A stretch of 64,000 bases of DNA from Octopus vulgaris (GCA_951406725.2 OX597830.1:22444001-22508000), one strand, 5' to 3'; counted from the first letter of the stretch, positions 23,155 through 36,941 are shown. Translations and numbers: made by a program. The notes: generated by a model from the letters alone, not told the origin.

Positions 23155-23300
23155 CAGGACCACCTTAGTATCAATACAGGCCCCTAGACAAATCAGTACA
23201 TTAGACCCTATAGTATTTATTATCTACTGACGGTAAGCCACAACATACATAGATTAGAAATGGGTCTCCGGGCAACTGTCCATGTCTAAAGGAGGCTCTG
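23155..23300. mobile_element. Small hAT-type MITE
   Basis: acagagac|caggaccaccttag ... ctaaaggaggctctg|ccagagac (7/8 TSD, CAG...CTG termini). Confidence 0.65.
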
Positions 23301-23527
23301 CCAGAGACTCCCTCGTTGACACTCTAGATGTGATAAGCCTTAAATATTTGGTATACATAAATCGCTACATCTAGCTAGTATCTCACACAGTCGTTTTCGG
23401 TTCACATATAACTTACACAGAGGTGTCACACGGCTGAATACTTGGTTATATTTGATTTATTTGATATATAAATACGTCGGTATTTAGGACCGAAGGATTG
23501 GTTAGCGTCATGCTTCAACAAGCCGTA

Positions 23528-23590
<63 letters not shown>

Positions 23591-23699
23591 GTAGATATAC
23601 AAGCGTACAAAGTATATTTTAACCAGTTTAGTCAACTATTTGTAGATGACTTTTGTGACCAACAAATAGTTTAACATCAAGTTAGCACATAAGGAGGTG

Positions 23700-26600
23700 C
23701 GACCTTACCTTACACGATAAACATGGAACAAAAACATCAGAAAAATTGACGCCAAACAAAAATATGTAAAATATTTATATTATCAAATTACCCCCATTGG
23801 AATGCTATTCAAAATCCAACAACTGTTATAGCTTTCTCCCAATCTTATTATTTAAAGACATGTCACTGCATTTTACGATTATTTATAAATGTTTCATTTA
23901 ATGGTTGCTGTCATTGAACTGTGACTATGTTGGGGCACCACCCTCAGGGGTTAGCCGAGTCGATTGTTTCGTCTCCACCACAGTCTAGTGCTTAATTGAT
24001 CGACTTCGAAATAATAGAAACCAAATGCGACCCGAGCAAGATATTAACTGATATATACTTATATATTTTATATTTTACATCAAATCTATTTTATTGTTTA
24101 CATCATATCTAAAGTGATGGGTGCCAAGTTTAACTCCGAACGGTTCTTTTCTCTTGTCAAACATTTAGAAATCGAGAAATGGAAAAAGAAAATCACGAAT
24201 TTTGTTTTTTAAAAAAGGGCTCCAATTTCCTAAAAAAAAAAAAAAGAAAAAGAAAACAAATTGTTCTTAATCAATCATAAGATTCAGTGTCAAAAACTAA
24301 ATCATGCTAAGTGTTAAAAACTTGGGTCATCATGTGTCGTTCATTGAGATTCAGAAATAGAAAATATTTATTTACTATTTCCATTAATCCAAGCAGTAAG
24401 GATATCAAGCAAAATAAAAATGAAAAATAAATTTATAAGTAAATAAAAATACCAATGCAAAATAATGCGAAAAAGGGGTAAAACAATGAAAGTTAATTTG
24501 TAAAACGTAAGGTGTATGGGAAATAAATCAAGCCATTTTCTAAAGGGATAACAACTTTTTATACTCACAATAGTATTTGGAAATTAAATGTTATTTTGAC
24601 TACTAATTAATGGAGAAAGACAAAAAGTGATCGTAAAAGGGCTGACAGAGAAAAGGTACTGAGGTACCGACAGTTATTTAGTTGGAAATCGAAAATATTA
24701 AAGAAACTGGGAAGAGTTAAGAAATTGAGAGCGTTAGAAGATAAGACGTATCGCGGAGGAAACCAAACTCGACAGACGGTGGGAAAGAACATAACGGAAG
24801 GAACAGAAATTAGAAAGACACCGTTTTCTCCCCTTGTTACGGGGTAGACAGTGGTGGGGGGGATGTGTAACTTGGGATTCATTAGAGTTATCACGTGATT
24901 ATCTCACATGATAAAACAAACCCTTTATGAAAGGGATTTATTTTAACCCCTTTTTTTCCAACGTATCTTTATTTATTCACTGTATTTGCGTCTTCCTAAA
25001 CCTTTCCAGTTTCCTTTCCTCCTAATAATCTTTATTCTCTCCCCTCTCGTAACATTTCCTTTCTCTTTCATTCCCTCTCGTTTTCTTTTCCCTGTCCCTT
25101 TCTTAATCCTTTTTTCTCTCTCTATTCCTTCTACTTTTGTTAACTTGGGCGGGAAGGGTGGAAGTAAGACGCATTTTCCTCCCCCCTGCCCACCATTCTC
25201 AAGTTGTTTTATTCCCCCACGTCATCACTCTGTTCTCTACCCTGTTACTGATTGTAATGACGATGTCGATGTAAACGACGTTTTGCGTATGAACATATTT
25301 GCAAGCATTCAATTCATTTCTGCAACTTCACACTGTCGTCCCTTAATCTTTCTCACCGTCTCACGTACAAGACCGATCAACATAAAACTCACTCTTTCTC
25401 TCTCTCCTACTCTAATCCTCTTTCTTTCTCCCTTCCCCTCTTCTTCTCTATCCTTGCCACTACTCGTTCTTTCATTCTCTACCTTTCCCTCTATATATTC
25501 CTCCACCTTTTCTCTTTTTTTTTCTCTCTGTTTTATCTGTATCCTCTGTCTCCTCCCCTTCTCATGCTTTCCCCCTCTGTCTTATCTTCCTCTCTCTCTC
25601 TTCTCTTCCTTCGTCTCAATTTGTCTTCCTCTCTCTCTCTCTCTTTTCTCTTCCTTCGTCTCAATTTGTCTTCCTCTCTCTCTCCGTTTCCACTTCCTAT
25701 AACTCCCACCCTTACCTCCTCTTCATTTCTCATTAACAAATTACAGCAGAGCAAGAGCGCCGCTGCCTTGCTTTGAAACAACAGGGCGAAGCGGAGGAGG
25801 ATGATCGGACCGTGCTGGTGTCCCTTAACAAACTAATGTCTCCAACACAACCGCCGCACCAATACCACCACGACCACCACTACAAGCACCTAAACTCGCG
25901 ACGGAGTCAGGGGCAGTGGGATACTTAAAACCCCCCGGAGTTTTCTATACAACGGATTTACTTGTTTACAAGCTCACGACATGATGCACGCTTGAAAAGG
26001 GGGAAACACATTATTATTAATTATCAATATCACTCTCCCCTTCTATCGAAATTATACGCACGACATTATATATATATATATAAACGACGAAATATTACAC
26101 GTACACGCGCGTGTGTACGCAGAACAACATTCCCATTGTTTGTGTGTGTATTTGCATGTTTATAGGTGTAAATACAGAAATTATATGGACTTCGAAAATG
26201 GACAGTTTGTAAAGTGGAAGTAAAAGTTACGGCTTTTAGACAGGGACACATGAACACGTATTTAACGACTTACATACACGTAACTAAGAAATATATATTG
26301 TGCATGTGAGTGAAGCGTTGTATGAGGATAACCGTTGGTATGTATGTTTAAGTTGTCGGTTGTCCTTGTCGTTACTTCCTCAACGAATAGCAATACAAAA
26401 CAAGCAAGAACTAGTAATAGACCCCCAAACCGTCTCTATCTCTTTTATTATAGGCTCCTATCTGCCTGTCCCTCATCTGTTTGCCTGTCTTTCTTTTATT
26501 GTATCAATAGCCTTATACACACACACATACACACAAAGATAAACGGGGATTGTTGGTATTGAGACCCTGGCAGGTCAGTTGACCTGAACGAACAAGCAGT

Positions 26601-26886
26601 GTGCCACTGGAAGGAGGTTTGTGCGACCATGTAAGCGGCTCCCTCGCTGGCTTGAAACAAGTGGGGGGTTTTAACGGACGTGTTAAAAACATTTCACCAG
26701 CAACAGAAGAACATTTACAAGCGACAATAGTAGCAGCAACAAGGAGACCGGGCAGTTGTTAAGTGCCAAGTCTTATTGGTGGTGGTTCATGTTTTTGAAG
26801 AGAAACAGTTACTTGGTAATAATAACAACTCTACAAATCGATGTAACCATGCAGTTGGAGGGGTATACCAATGTCGTCCTTCCAAA
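23700..26886. promoter_or_regulatory. Repeat-poor, CpG-retaining divergent promoter / 5'UTR region between MTRR and the LMBR1-like gene
   Basis: No recognisable SINE/MITE copies, visibly more CpG than the flanks (e.g. 25750-26120), a long pyrimidine tract at 25000-25720 and paired E-boxes at 24888-24913. Confidence 0.55.
23709..23770 (-). other. Candidate non-coding first exon of MTRR (5' end uncertain)
   Basis: Strong minus-strand donor AAG|GTAAGG at 23709/23708, at the edge of the repeat-poor, CpG-retaining region. The first coding exon has an acceptor upstream of its ATG, so an upstream exon must exist. No transcript evidence. Confidence 0.35.
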
Positions 26887-26955
26887 ATGATTGGAGACGA
26901 CAATGAATTGGATATCAGAGAGCAAGTTTTTCACAATGCCATTCGCGAACATGTC
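26887..26955 (+). CDS. LMBR1: LMBR1/LMBR1L (limb region 1 / Lilipod-like) membrane protein, first coding exon
   Basis: aaaATG, then MIGDDNELDIREQVFHNAIREHV|gtaagt. Resembles human LMBR1 'MEGQDEVSAREQHFHSQVREST' and Drosophila Lilipod 'QLFHNTVREHI' as recalled. The phase-0 donor sits at the equivalent position. Only 23 codons are visible. Confidence 0.8.
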
Positions 26956-29900
26956 GTAAGTAGAAAAAAAAAAAAAAACGGCAGCACCAGTTGCCTTAAT
27001 TATTATTCATTTTTACATTCATTCTGTATTCTCTGGTCTTCTGTTTCATCCCTCTTGAAAAAAAAAAAAGGGAAAAAAAGCGGTTTCCTTCTACTTAGAA
27101 ATTATTATTGTTTGTTTCATCATTCTAGGATAAATTGAAATAACAGTGAAGTGCTGTGTTGAACTTCATATATAGCGATACCTGATTGATAAATACGCAT
27201 GGATATATATATATGTATGTATGTATATGTGTGTGTATGTGAGAGATAAACATTAAACATGAGTCACATACAATGAATATTTTTCAGTTATGCACATATA
27301 CACACCTGGATGCCCAACTGACCATTTAATTTAATAATTTCGGGCTTATCAACCTTGTGGGCTTTGAGACAAGTAGGATATCCCTCTCTTGTTTTCTGTA
27401 TGTAAATGGAGTCAAAAGTCTCGTTGGAATCGACCTTGTTTTCTATCTCTCCGTGTTCCAAAAAATAAATATCAGTCGTATATTCGATTCTTAAATTAAT
27501 CGATTATATCCCCCCACTTTCCTTAGATGTAAGAAATTGCTGTTATATATTTGTGATATTCTGAGTTCAAATCCCAACAGTTGCTTTACATACTAACTCA
27601 GGTCCCTTCGAGGTCAACTGTGACGTGCGTCATCCAGAGATCGATAAAATCAAGTGCCATTCTATCGTCTTACTGTTTACTTTTGTGAAGTATACTCTTT
27701 TAAACTGGATTGTTCTCCGATTTACTTTTAATGTTTCTAGTTTATTTCATGCAACATATAAATGATAGCCACTAAATGTCTTAAGATCGAATTCTGTTTC
27801 AAAAATGAATCCTAGATATGAGTAGAATTTTATTAGACTGTTGTTTCTCGCTCCGTAGTTAGTAAAAAAAAAAAAGAAAAGAAAAAGAAACTAGAATGTT
27901 GCGATGCCCCAGCATGGCCGCAGTCTAATGACTGAAACAAGTAAAAAGATAAGAGATATGTTAGAACAGTGATAATCAAGTTATACCACCAGATATCACT
28001 TCCTACTTCAGCAAGAAATCAATACTTGTTGCAAGTGATCCTGACCTCCTGATTCCAAGTTCAGAACACTGCAAAGTGAATGAAATACATGTCATTAATA
28101 ATAAATATAGTCTGTTCTTTCGAGATTATACTCGGTCGAACTGGTTTTCGTTTTCCGGTTACATTTTCTCTTAACGTCGCAAAAGCCTCCCTGGAATGAA
28201 AACAATCAGAATTTGTCAACTATGTTCTGTGGATAATTACTCTCATCCCTTTGTATTTTGTCTTCAGATTCTGTTCGGTGTCGTTGTTTGTCTTTCATCA
28301 CTCATACCGGGGTCAATAAATCTTGTATATAACATATAACTGGAATTGTTTTGTTTCACTTATTTTAAACTCTCCCCCCCATTTCTGTACAAATTTCTGG
28401 CCTTGTGCCAATGTGAAAAAAATATATATATCTCATTTATTAAGGTACTTATTGCATTTAGCTTTGTTAGTTGGGTTTGCTGTCTAGTTTCGATTTCAGA
28501 TTGAGTGTGGCTTAACCTCGTTAATTAATTAATTAATTAATTATCACTCTGATAAGATAAAGAAAAAAATAATTGAACACCCCCCTCCTATCTTCAATTT
28601 TGAAACGTCATACCTATACAAGAGACCAACTACTACCACTACTACAAGTGGCAATGCTACCCATGACACAATTCTCATGTTTTATCCAGTGCTACCGTTT
28701 GTTTACGCTCTAACATGGTGTCGTTCTTTGTTGCTGTTCCCGTCGGGATTGAAGGAGGTGTCTCCTAAAGAATTCTTCTCTCTATTTTTTAAAAATTCTT
28801 TCGCACACTGTACCAGATTGAGTCCAAGATCTCACCGGCCAGTTCGATTTACTGATTGCTTAAGGCACACGCCACCCTTAATCCCTTCTAACATTACGTT
28901 AATACTACCACGTAGGTAATACTTCTCAGATTGTAAGTGCAAATGCGTAACACAGGTTTTTTTTCTCTTATTTTACAAGTACTAGCGGTGTGTCAAGTGA
29001 AAGGTTGCAATTGAAATCGAAACCAGGTCACCGACAAAGTACATATTACTTGCATTTGGATTTCTTATCTCTTTCTCCCGTTTCGTTCATCAATCCAGTC
29101 ACTATCTTTGTAGTATTCTAAATCGTGTAGGATTGTTTCCCCCAGTGGTTGGGAAGTTGTGGTTTATATTTCATATGATGAATGCTATTCCAACCGTAAC
29201 CATCCGTTTGGGAAAAGTATTTGGCGTAATTCTGGTTTAAGCACCCCATATAATCAGTCCCTCACTCTAGTACTATCATTATCAAACACTTACCTTATCG
29301 ATCATGTGGGAGTTCCCGCGGAAAGTTCAGTAAGAGGGTAGCCTATACCTCATTTGTCAAAGGTGGCAGAAGATATATCATAATTAATGCGTTCCATTTA
29401 CTTTAATGTTACATTCAAATAGTCAATCTTTGAATTTTGGAAAGTGAAAGTGATGTCCCAAAGTCAAGGATCGCTCATGTCAGTTCACTGTCGAGAGAGA
29501 AAACTGAATCTTAAGTATTAAACACTTGATATCCAAGCGGGAAATAAAAACCCTCTACACGTCGCCTATTCTGTGTATCACATGTGATACATTGGGCATA
29601 TTTCCCTGGTATCAATGCATCATATATGGTACACATTCTTAATTTTCTCAACCACCAGAGTAATTTGGAACCTATGAAAGGACACCTCTATATTATTCAT
29701 AGTGTTTCTCGTAGGAGAAAGGGGCTAACTAAAAATCTGGATAACAAGCATTGACGTTTGAGACAAACTTATGCGAAATCCTTTGGACAGGCAAAGGTTA
29801 ATGTACTTCACCTCCCTCTCAGAGACTAGTTGTGAAGGATCCTGCTTAGATGACACCCTATCAACAGTCGCCCCCTTTTCGTCAGTATCACCCATCCTCA

Positions 29901-30804
29901 GACATTTTCTCGCGTCTCGGCTTGGATGATGAAGAATGAAGGAATGACTAACTTGGTTTTGGATGGAAGACGAGGATAAACTGTTGCGATAGTAATGTTT
30001 TCTGTCCGTATACTGGTGTATGTAATACGTGTACATCATGACTCATGTAAATTTATAGATGATGTTACTTCTGTCACTACACACACGTCATGCTTCTTAT
30101 TATTGTGTCTTTATATCATATCAGTGCTTCGTTTATTTTATTTCATTTATAAGTCATTTAGTGAGTTTAAAGTTCTAAAAAAAGAAAATTTACACAAAAC
30201 TTCATCCACAAAGTTTGTATTTACATATACATACTAATGTATATGTGTAATGGCATGTATACATTATCTATCTATGTATCCTTATATATATATATATATA
30301 ATGTGTGTGTGTGTATAATTCGTGTGTACTTCTGGCAATATACGTATGTCACTGTCACATACAAATACGTGTCTGTATAATGATAACCTAATATTAAATG
30401 TCAGTCATTTAGTGAGTTTAAAGTTCTGCAAATAAATAAATAAAACAAAAAATGCATAACCCCCCCTCCCGTCATTAAACAAGATGATTATATCTGTTTT
30501 ATCTTTTACATATTTTCCTCTTTTTCTCTTGTTTCATTTTCCTTTTAGTTTCCGGTTTAAAATTCCATTCATTGCATCGATTTAGCCACCTGAGAGCGGC
30601 TTCGACTTGGTGGTCATTTTTTTAAAAGTTGCATTATCATTTTCATTCAGCACAGGCGTGGATTTGTGGCGAGAAGTTTGTTTCTCAACCACATGGTTTC
30701 GAGTTCAGTCTCACCTTGAGAAAATGTCTTCCATAAAAGCCCTGCGCCAACCAAATCCTTGTTGGTGGATTTGTTAGACAGAAACCGTGTGTAGGCCATT
30801 CATA

Positions 30805-30862
<58 letters not shown>

Positions 30863-31112
30863 CAAATCTAGGGAATGGAGTTGATAAAATCCAGGCTACA
30901 TAGGTTTCATAGCAAGCAGAGCCTCAGAAATAGTTATCCAAACGATGGGTAATCCGCTATCTACTCACTGGGCCAAAATACCTTAATCAAATGAAGTTTA
31001 CATGTATTGTCAAGGGATCCCATGTTAACTTGCAGGAGATTTGATCTTCTATGGACTGCTCAAAGCTTACTAACTTCCAACACCTTGATCCTTGGATCTT
31101 ATCTTTACACAC

Positions 31113-31917
31113 ACAAGGTGTGTTCCAGAAATTTTGAAACTTTTTCAAGACAAACATTTAATTTCAAAGCACAAAACTCTAATCTCCTTTGAAGTAGCAT
31201 CCTCTGACATCAGTGAACTTGTAACACTCCAGCCACTTCTGGGGACTCTTCGTCACAACTTCCTTCATTTTGGGGAACAACAAAAAGCCACAGGGAGCAA
31301 GGTCGGTCTGGACTGTAGGGAGGGTGAAGTACAGTTTTGATGTCTATCTCTGTCAAATACTTGGTTATCATGATCAATTGGTGCAGGTGCTCTGACATTT
31401 TGTGATGAAATCTCTTCCAAAACTCCCCCAAAACCTCCACAAAGTAGTCTTTGTGGACCAACTGCCAAGGAGGAATCCAGTGGATGTAGATGATACCTTT
31501 TCTGTTAAAAATGGGATCACGATGTGCTTCCTAAATGGACATGTTTTTCCTGGCCTCTTGTGCCAGTGAAAAATAGATACTCGGCTCATACAAGTTAATC
31601 CATGAGCAGTCTGGGGTATTTCATAAATTTCTGTTGCATTTCTGCCATGTTCAACATAAAACTTTATTGCATAGCAAGCTTCCAAATTATTTTCATGTCC
31701 CAATTGCATTTTGCAAACTAGTTAGCTGTGACAAGTAGTATTTTGTAGGGTGTGTTCAAAGTGTTGTTATACCCACTTCCTCAGTCCGGAATAACAAAAG
31801 TTGGCAGGTCAGCTTAGCTATATTGAAATGGTTTACTAAAATTACATTAGCTAGGACAGTTATAACTACCTCTCCTAAAAAAAAAGAAAAATCTAAAAAC
31901 TTCTGGAATGCACTGCA
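31113..31917 (-). mobile_element. Internally deleted, decayed mariner transposon
   Basis: Fragments 'YAIKFYVEHGRNATEIYE...MSRVSIFHWHKR' (HTH) and 'TVLHPPYSPD'. Imperfect TIRs gtgtgttccagaaatttt / aaaacttctggaatgcac. Confidence 0.85.
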
Positions 31918-32451
31918 TCTCTGTCTGTCTGTCTCTCTTTCTCCCTATCTATATACACATACACATGTGTGTGTGTGTATGTGTCTATCCCTCCCCACCA
32001 CTTGGCAAGTGATGGTTTGTTTACATCTGTGTAACTTAGCAGTTCAGCAAAAGAGACCAGCAAAATTAGTACTGGGGTTGATTTGTTTGACTAAAACCCT
32101 TCAAGCCAGTGTCCCATCATGGCCACAGTCTAATGACCCCATGAAAGATAAAGGCAGTGGTGTAGCTTAAATTTGTGCTGCCTGAGGCAGCCCTTGAATT
32201 TGCTGCTCCCCCACTTCTGACAGACACCTGCATACACAGGCTTACACAGTAGACCTAAAAGTGCTTAACCCAATAAAAGCATTGCTTTGGGTGGGGCCCC
32301 ATCCCTTCCTTCACTGTTGCTATGCTTCTGGTTAAAAAGCAAAAGTTAACCTTAGTGGTTTTGACCCGAGAATGTAAAGAGGAGGGACAAATACTATATA
32401 GCATTTCGACCAACACTCTAAAAATTCTGTCAATCTGCAAATTCTTAAATT

Positions 32452-32912
32452 CGATGACTGGCACCTGTGCTAGTGGAGCGCTAAGAGCACCATCCGAGTG
32501 TGATTGTTGCCAGAGCAGCAAACTGGCTTTCGTGCCGGTGGCATGTAAAAGGCACCATTCGAGCGTGATCGTTACCAGTGTCGCCTTACTGGCACTTGTG
32601 CCGGTGGCACATGAAAAAGCTTTCGAGCGAGGTTGTTGCCAGTGCCACTGGACTGGCTCCTGTGCAGGTGGCACGTAGAAAACACCATTTGAGCGTGGCC
32701 ATTGCCAGTACTGCCTGACTGACCCTTGTGCTGGTGGCACGTAAAAGTACCCACTACATTCTCGGAGTGGTTGGTGTTAGGAAGGGCATCCAGCTGTAGA
32801 AACTCTGCCAGATCAGACTGGAGCCTGATGCAGCCTTCTGGTTCGCAAGTCCTCACTCAAATCGTCCAACCCATGCTAGCATAGAAAGCAGACGTTAAAC
32901 GATGATGATGTT
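32452..32912 (+). mobile_element. SINE-like family C with internal tandem units
   Basis: Repeated 'gtgccggtggcacgtaaaa..caccattcgagcgtg..gttgccag'-like units and a (GAT)n tail. Confidence 0.8.
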
Positions 32913-35552
32913 GTTGCACACTCAATTTGTATATAGGCATTTAAGCTTTATATACTTTCCTGCTCCGTATTCAGCTCTTAAATGATTTGTCAGTATTTCC
33001 ATGAAAATTCAAACACACAATGATGTAATAAAGCAGCTAATTACTTTTGATCTGCATATCATAGGGATAGACAAACAATGATGGAAACTCGCTGCTAATT
33101 AAATTAGTAGATTATTATAATAACTTGATAGTAATTTTTTTAATTATCACATTGTTTACTTAAAACTCATTACTCACCACCCGTCTTATACAATTTCCAG
33201 CCAATATTGAAGCCATTGCAACATCTATACAATATTAGGGTTTGTAATTCATTTTTGATTTGCAGCTTAGAATATTCAGGATTCACAGAAATATGAGGTT
33301 ACAAGTTCCTTGCTTGTCTTCAAAAGAAATATTTGGGGAAGATGTTTAGCTGTGGGTCAAATCTGATCAAAAGCCTTCCAGTCATGGCAGTCGTATCATT
33401 TAAAAAATTTTTTCATCAAAGACTTCAGCGTTGTAATTTGTGAGGAGATTGCTTTGTAATATCTAGTAAGTTGTGCTCACGGGCTCATGTTTGGTGGGAG
33501 TGCTTCATGCTTATATCATTTACTTTGTTTCAGTCATCAGACTGCGGCCATGCTGGGGCACTGCTTTGAAGAATTTTTTCAGTCAAATGAATCAATCCCA
33601 GTACTTTTTTTAAAGACTGGTACTTATTCTATCAGTCTCTTTTGTTGAACCACTGAGTTACAGGGATGTAAACAAACCAACACTGATTGTCAAGCATCAG
33701 TGGTGGACACACACACACACACACACACGTGTGTGTGTGTGTGTGTGTGTGTCTTTCCCTTGCTCATACCTGTGGCTAGGTTACCATGTATCTCCTTTGC
33801 AGCAGCACACCTCTTTCTTCTTAACTCCCATTCTCTCTTTCTATAGGTTAACTGTTTTTGCCCTCATTCTTAACTCTCAGCCTCTTTCTCTCTCTCCCTC
33901 TCTTTGGCTGGGTAACCATAGACCTCCTCTGCATCAAGACATCAGTTTCTGCCTCTCTGTTACACTCTAATCTTTCATCATCTGACACAAGATCACCTCC
34001 CCTCTCAATGACTCTTTGTCTTGCAAAGTCATTTAGTGACCACTTAAAAAGCACTCAATCCACACTGTAAAGTGGTTGGCATTTGGAAGGGCATCCAGCT
34101 GTAAAAACCATGCCAAAATTGACCTCACCTGTGTGAGTGCTACATAAGCACTCGGCTCACTCTATGAGTAGTTGGTGGTAGGAAGGGCATCCAGCCATAA
34201 AATCTATGCCAAAACAAACACAGAAGCATGGCACAGGCTCCCGTCTAGCCAGCCCCTGTCAAACCGTCCAACTCATGCCAGCATGAAAGGAGGACGTTAA
34301 ATGATGATGTATATACATACCATATTTTAATGTGTATAAGGAACCCTTTTTTGTCAAAAATTAGGTTAAAACAATATGGGAGTTTCTTATACATGGATGG
34401 TATTGTAATCCTTTACAAAACTTTTTTTCCAAATTTGAAGCCCAAAATTAATGGGGGTTCCTTGTACACGTTAAAATACAGTATGTTTGTATATGTTCAT
34501 ATGTGTGTGTCTTTGCTTCTGTGTTTGTTTACATCCTCATAACTTAACAATTTGGCAAAAAAAAAAATACCCCAATAAAATAAATACCAGACCTAAAATT
34601 AAATACTGGGTTTGACATATTTGACTAAAACCCTTTCATGCTGTACCCCAGCATGGCTGCAGTCTAATGACTGAAGCAAATTAAAGATAAAAGATAGCCA
34701 TACAAGTTTGTTAAGCACATACCACACAGCCGGATTGGTATCGAAAGGGTTAAGATATCTTGAGTGAGAGATTGCCTGTGAAATGAAAGGCATGCAAGTC
34801 GAATGTGCATGAGTAGAATCTTTAACTCGGTGAATATGCTTTTCAAAACTCATGTTAACATTTCTGAGCATTCTTTCAGCTGTTTCACTTGATTCTGGAT
34901 CATAGGTTTACATTTGGTTCTTATAAACCCTGTTCATAAATCATTATCATGAAATCCAGGGTTTTAATACTTACGTAGCTGCTTTTGTTTCTTTATTCTT
35001 AACTCTTATTACTGTTGTGGTTTTTAACTGTTTAATTATTGCTCAACCCTGACTGAGCAGTCTTATGATCAAACTCATTCCAGCCTAAAACCATGCTGTC
35101 TTTTTGAAGGTGCTCTTTCCTTATTTGAGAATATATGATGTGATTTGAAGAAGATTTAGCTGTGAATTCTATCAGCTAAAACAGTCAACTAGAAAATTCC
35201 TTTTTAGTTCATCTCTAGTGACCACATAAAGGTTCCATCTTTGGGTCATGTCTAATGCTAATACTTTTTTGTGATCAACTTAAAAATGACTTTTTGTATG
35301 ATCATCTGCAGGAATGAAAATGAGCCTAAGCTAGCTGGTGTTATGGACCTTAGAAAAAAATCAATAAATATACCCTGACTACTAGATGTGTGGCCTACTG
35401 GTTAGGGTCTTGCACTCCTGATTACTAGATCATGGGTTCAATTCCTAGACCATTGTGTTCTTGAGCAGAACTTTTCATTTCATGTTGTTCCTGTAGGCAC
35501 AGGTATGGCTGTGTGGTAAGAAGCTTGCGGTGAGCTGGCAGAAACATTAGCA

Positions 35553-35686
35553 CGCCAATTGAATGCCAGCTAGCTGTATGTGAATGGTTGGAGATTTGGA
35601 CAGTACTCGCGTGTATGTGCGCACGCATGCAGCTGTATATGCATGCACTAGCACTATGACCCGGCATTGCCGGGTCATAGTGCTGG
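35553..35686 (+). mobile_element. Probable Helitron 3' end with terminal hairpin
   Basis: Homologous (inverted) to 47827-47935. Ends in a 17-bp perfect inverted repeat overlapping a CTRR-like CTGG. Confidence 0.6.
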
Positions 35687-36401
35687 CGTATGTATAAGAC
35701 TCCAGTTTTTATACTGGCACATGTCAGTCACTTTACATGATGAAATATGAGGGAGACTTTCCTTTGAATACCTGGAACAGTTATTTCAAAAAATTTATTT
35801 TCAACATAAATAAGATTCAGTTATTATTGCTCATGCCACACGTATCATCCCAGTACGCTTGTTGGGTTTTTTTTTATGGTCCATTACACTAATTAGTTTT
35901 GGCTTGTTCTCATTCCCACATGTTATCATAGAAAAAGCCATTTTTCACTCAATCATAGAAACATAACTTTCAAGACAAGACCCAAAGATAAAACTTCTAC
36001 GTGGTTGCTTGAGCTGAGCTAACAAGACATTCTCTGTCTGGTCGTTTGTCCTGATAGAATTAACAGCCAAACCGCTTTCATGTCTCACCATGTAAGACAT
36101 CCACATTGTCATATTAATGTAGCCATCATGCTTCTAATTTTATCTAATTTCTTGTTGCCATTGAGCCAGAGTGTACATCATCATACACAGCTGTTATCAG
36201 TTATTTATTCAGAGTAATGGAACAATTAATTATTCATTACACTTGATACCATCAACTATTAATTTTTCAATGACTTAAATGGCCTGTCAACAATAGAACA
36301 ATTTCTCCAGTTATTATTGAAATTTTTTTTTTATAATAAACACTAATGTAATTGGCAGCCTCTAAGTTTCATATAACATCAGTTTCTACAATAGAGACTT
36401 G

Positions 36402-36432
<31 letters not shown>

Positions 36433-36941
36433 TCATTCATCCAAACCAACATGATTATTAAATTGCGTCTGTGACAATACATCAACATGGGTTATTTCCA
36501 GATCCTTTTACATATTTCATAATCAAAAGCCCACCATAAGATAAGGTGTAGAAGCTATTGAATTGTTTGCTGAAAGTTTGCTCTAATGGTGTATCATCTG
36601 AGGCCAGTTAAAATTTTTGACCAGGCAGAAATCTAATGCTCTTCAAGTAAATTCACTGTACGGTTGCCAAGGTTTCCCTATCGTTATTTGAGTATCTTGT
36701 TTCAGCTGTAAACACTTTTGATAAATATAGTACATGGTAGCTATCTTGTGAAAGCATATTCATGATAATAGCATTTTTACTTGAATTGATTGTTAAAGCA
36801 ATCTCTTTTGTGATATAAATCTAAACTACTGATATTCAAGACTAAGCTCAGTTTATATCCCACATATGCCTTTTATTGTTGGACACTTCATGTAAATGGG
36901 ACACCGAGTCTACCAAGCAATGCAAGCCACAATACGTTCTC

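Noticed and set aside
24986-25702. 238-aa F/L/S/P-rich ORF
   Set aside because: Artefact of a CT-rich tract with a non-ATG start and no family resemblance.
26887-26955. Assignment as LMBRD1 (cblF), which would make a cobalamin gene pair
   Set aside because: The REQxFHxxxRE N-terminus is LMBR1/LMBR1L/Lilipod-like, not LMBRD1-like.
29725-30039. 104-aa minus-strand ORF in unique-looking sequence
   Set aside because: No recognisable domain or splice context. Possibly a very old LINE 3' remnant, but not supportable.
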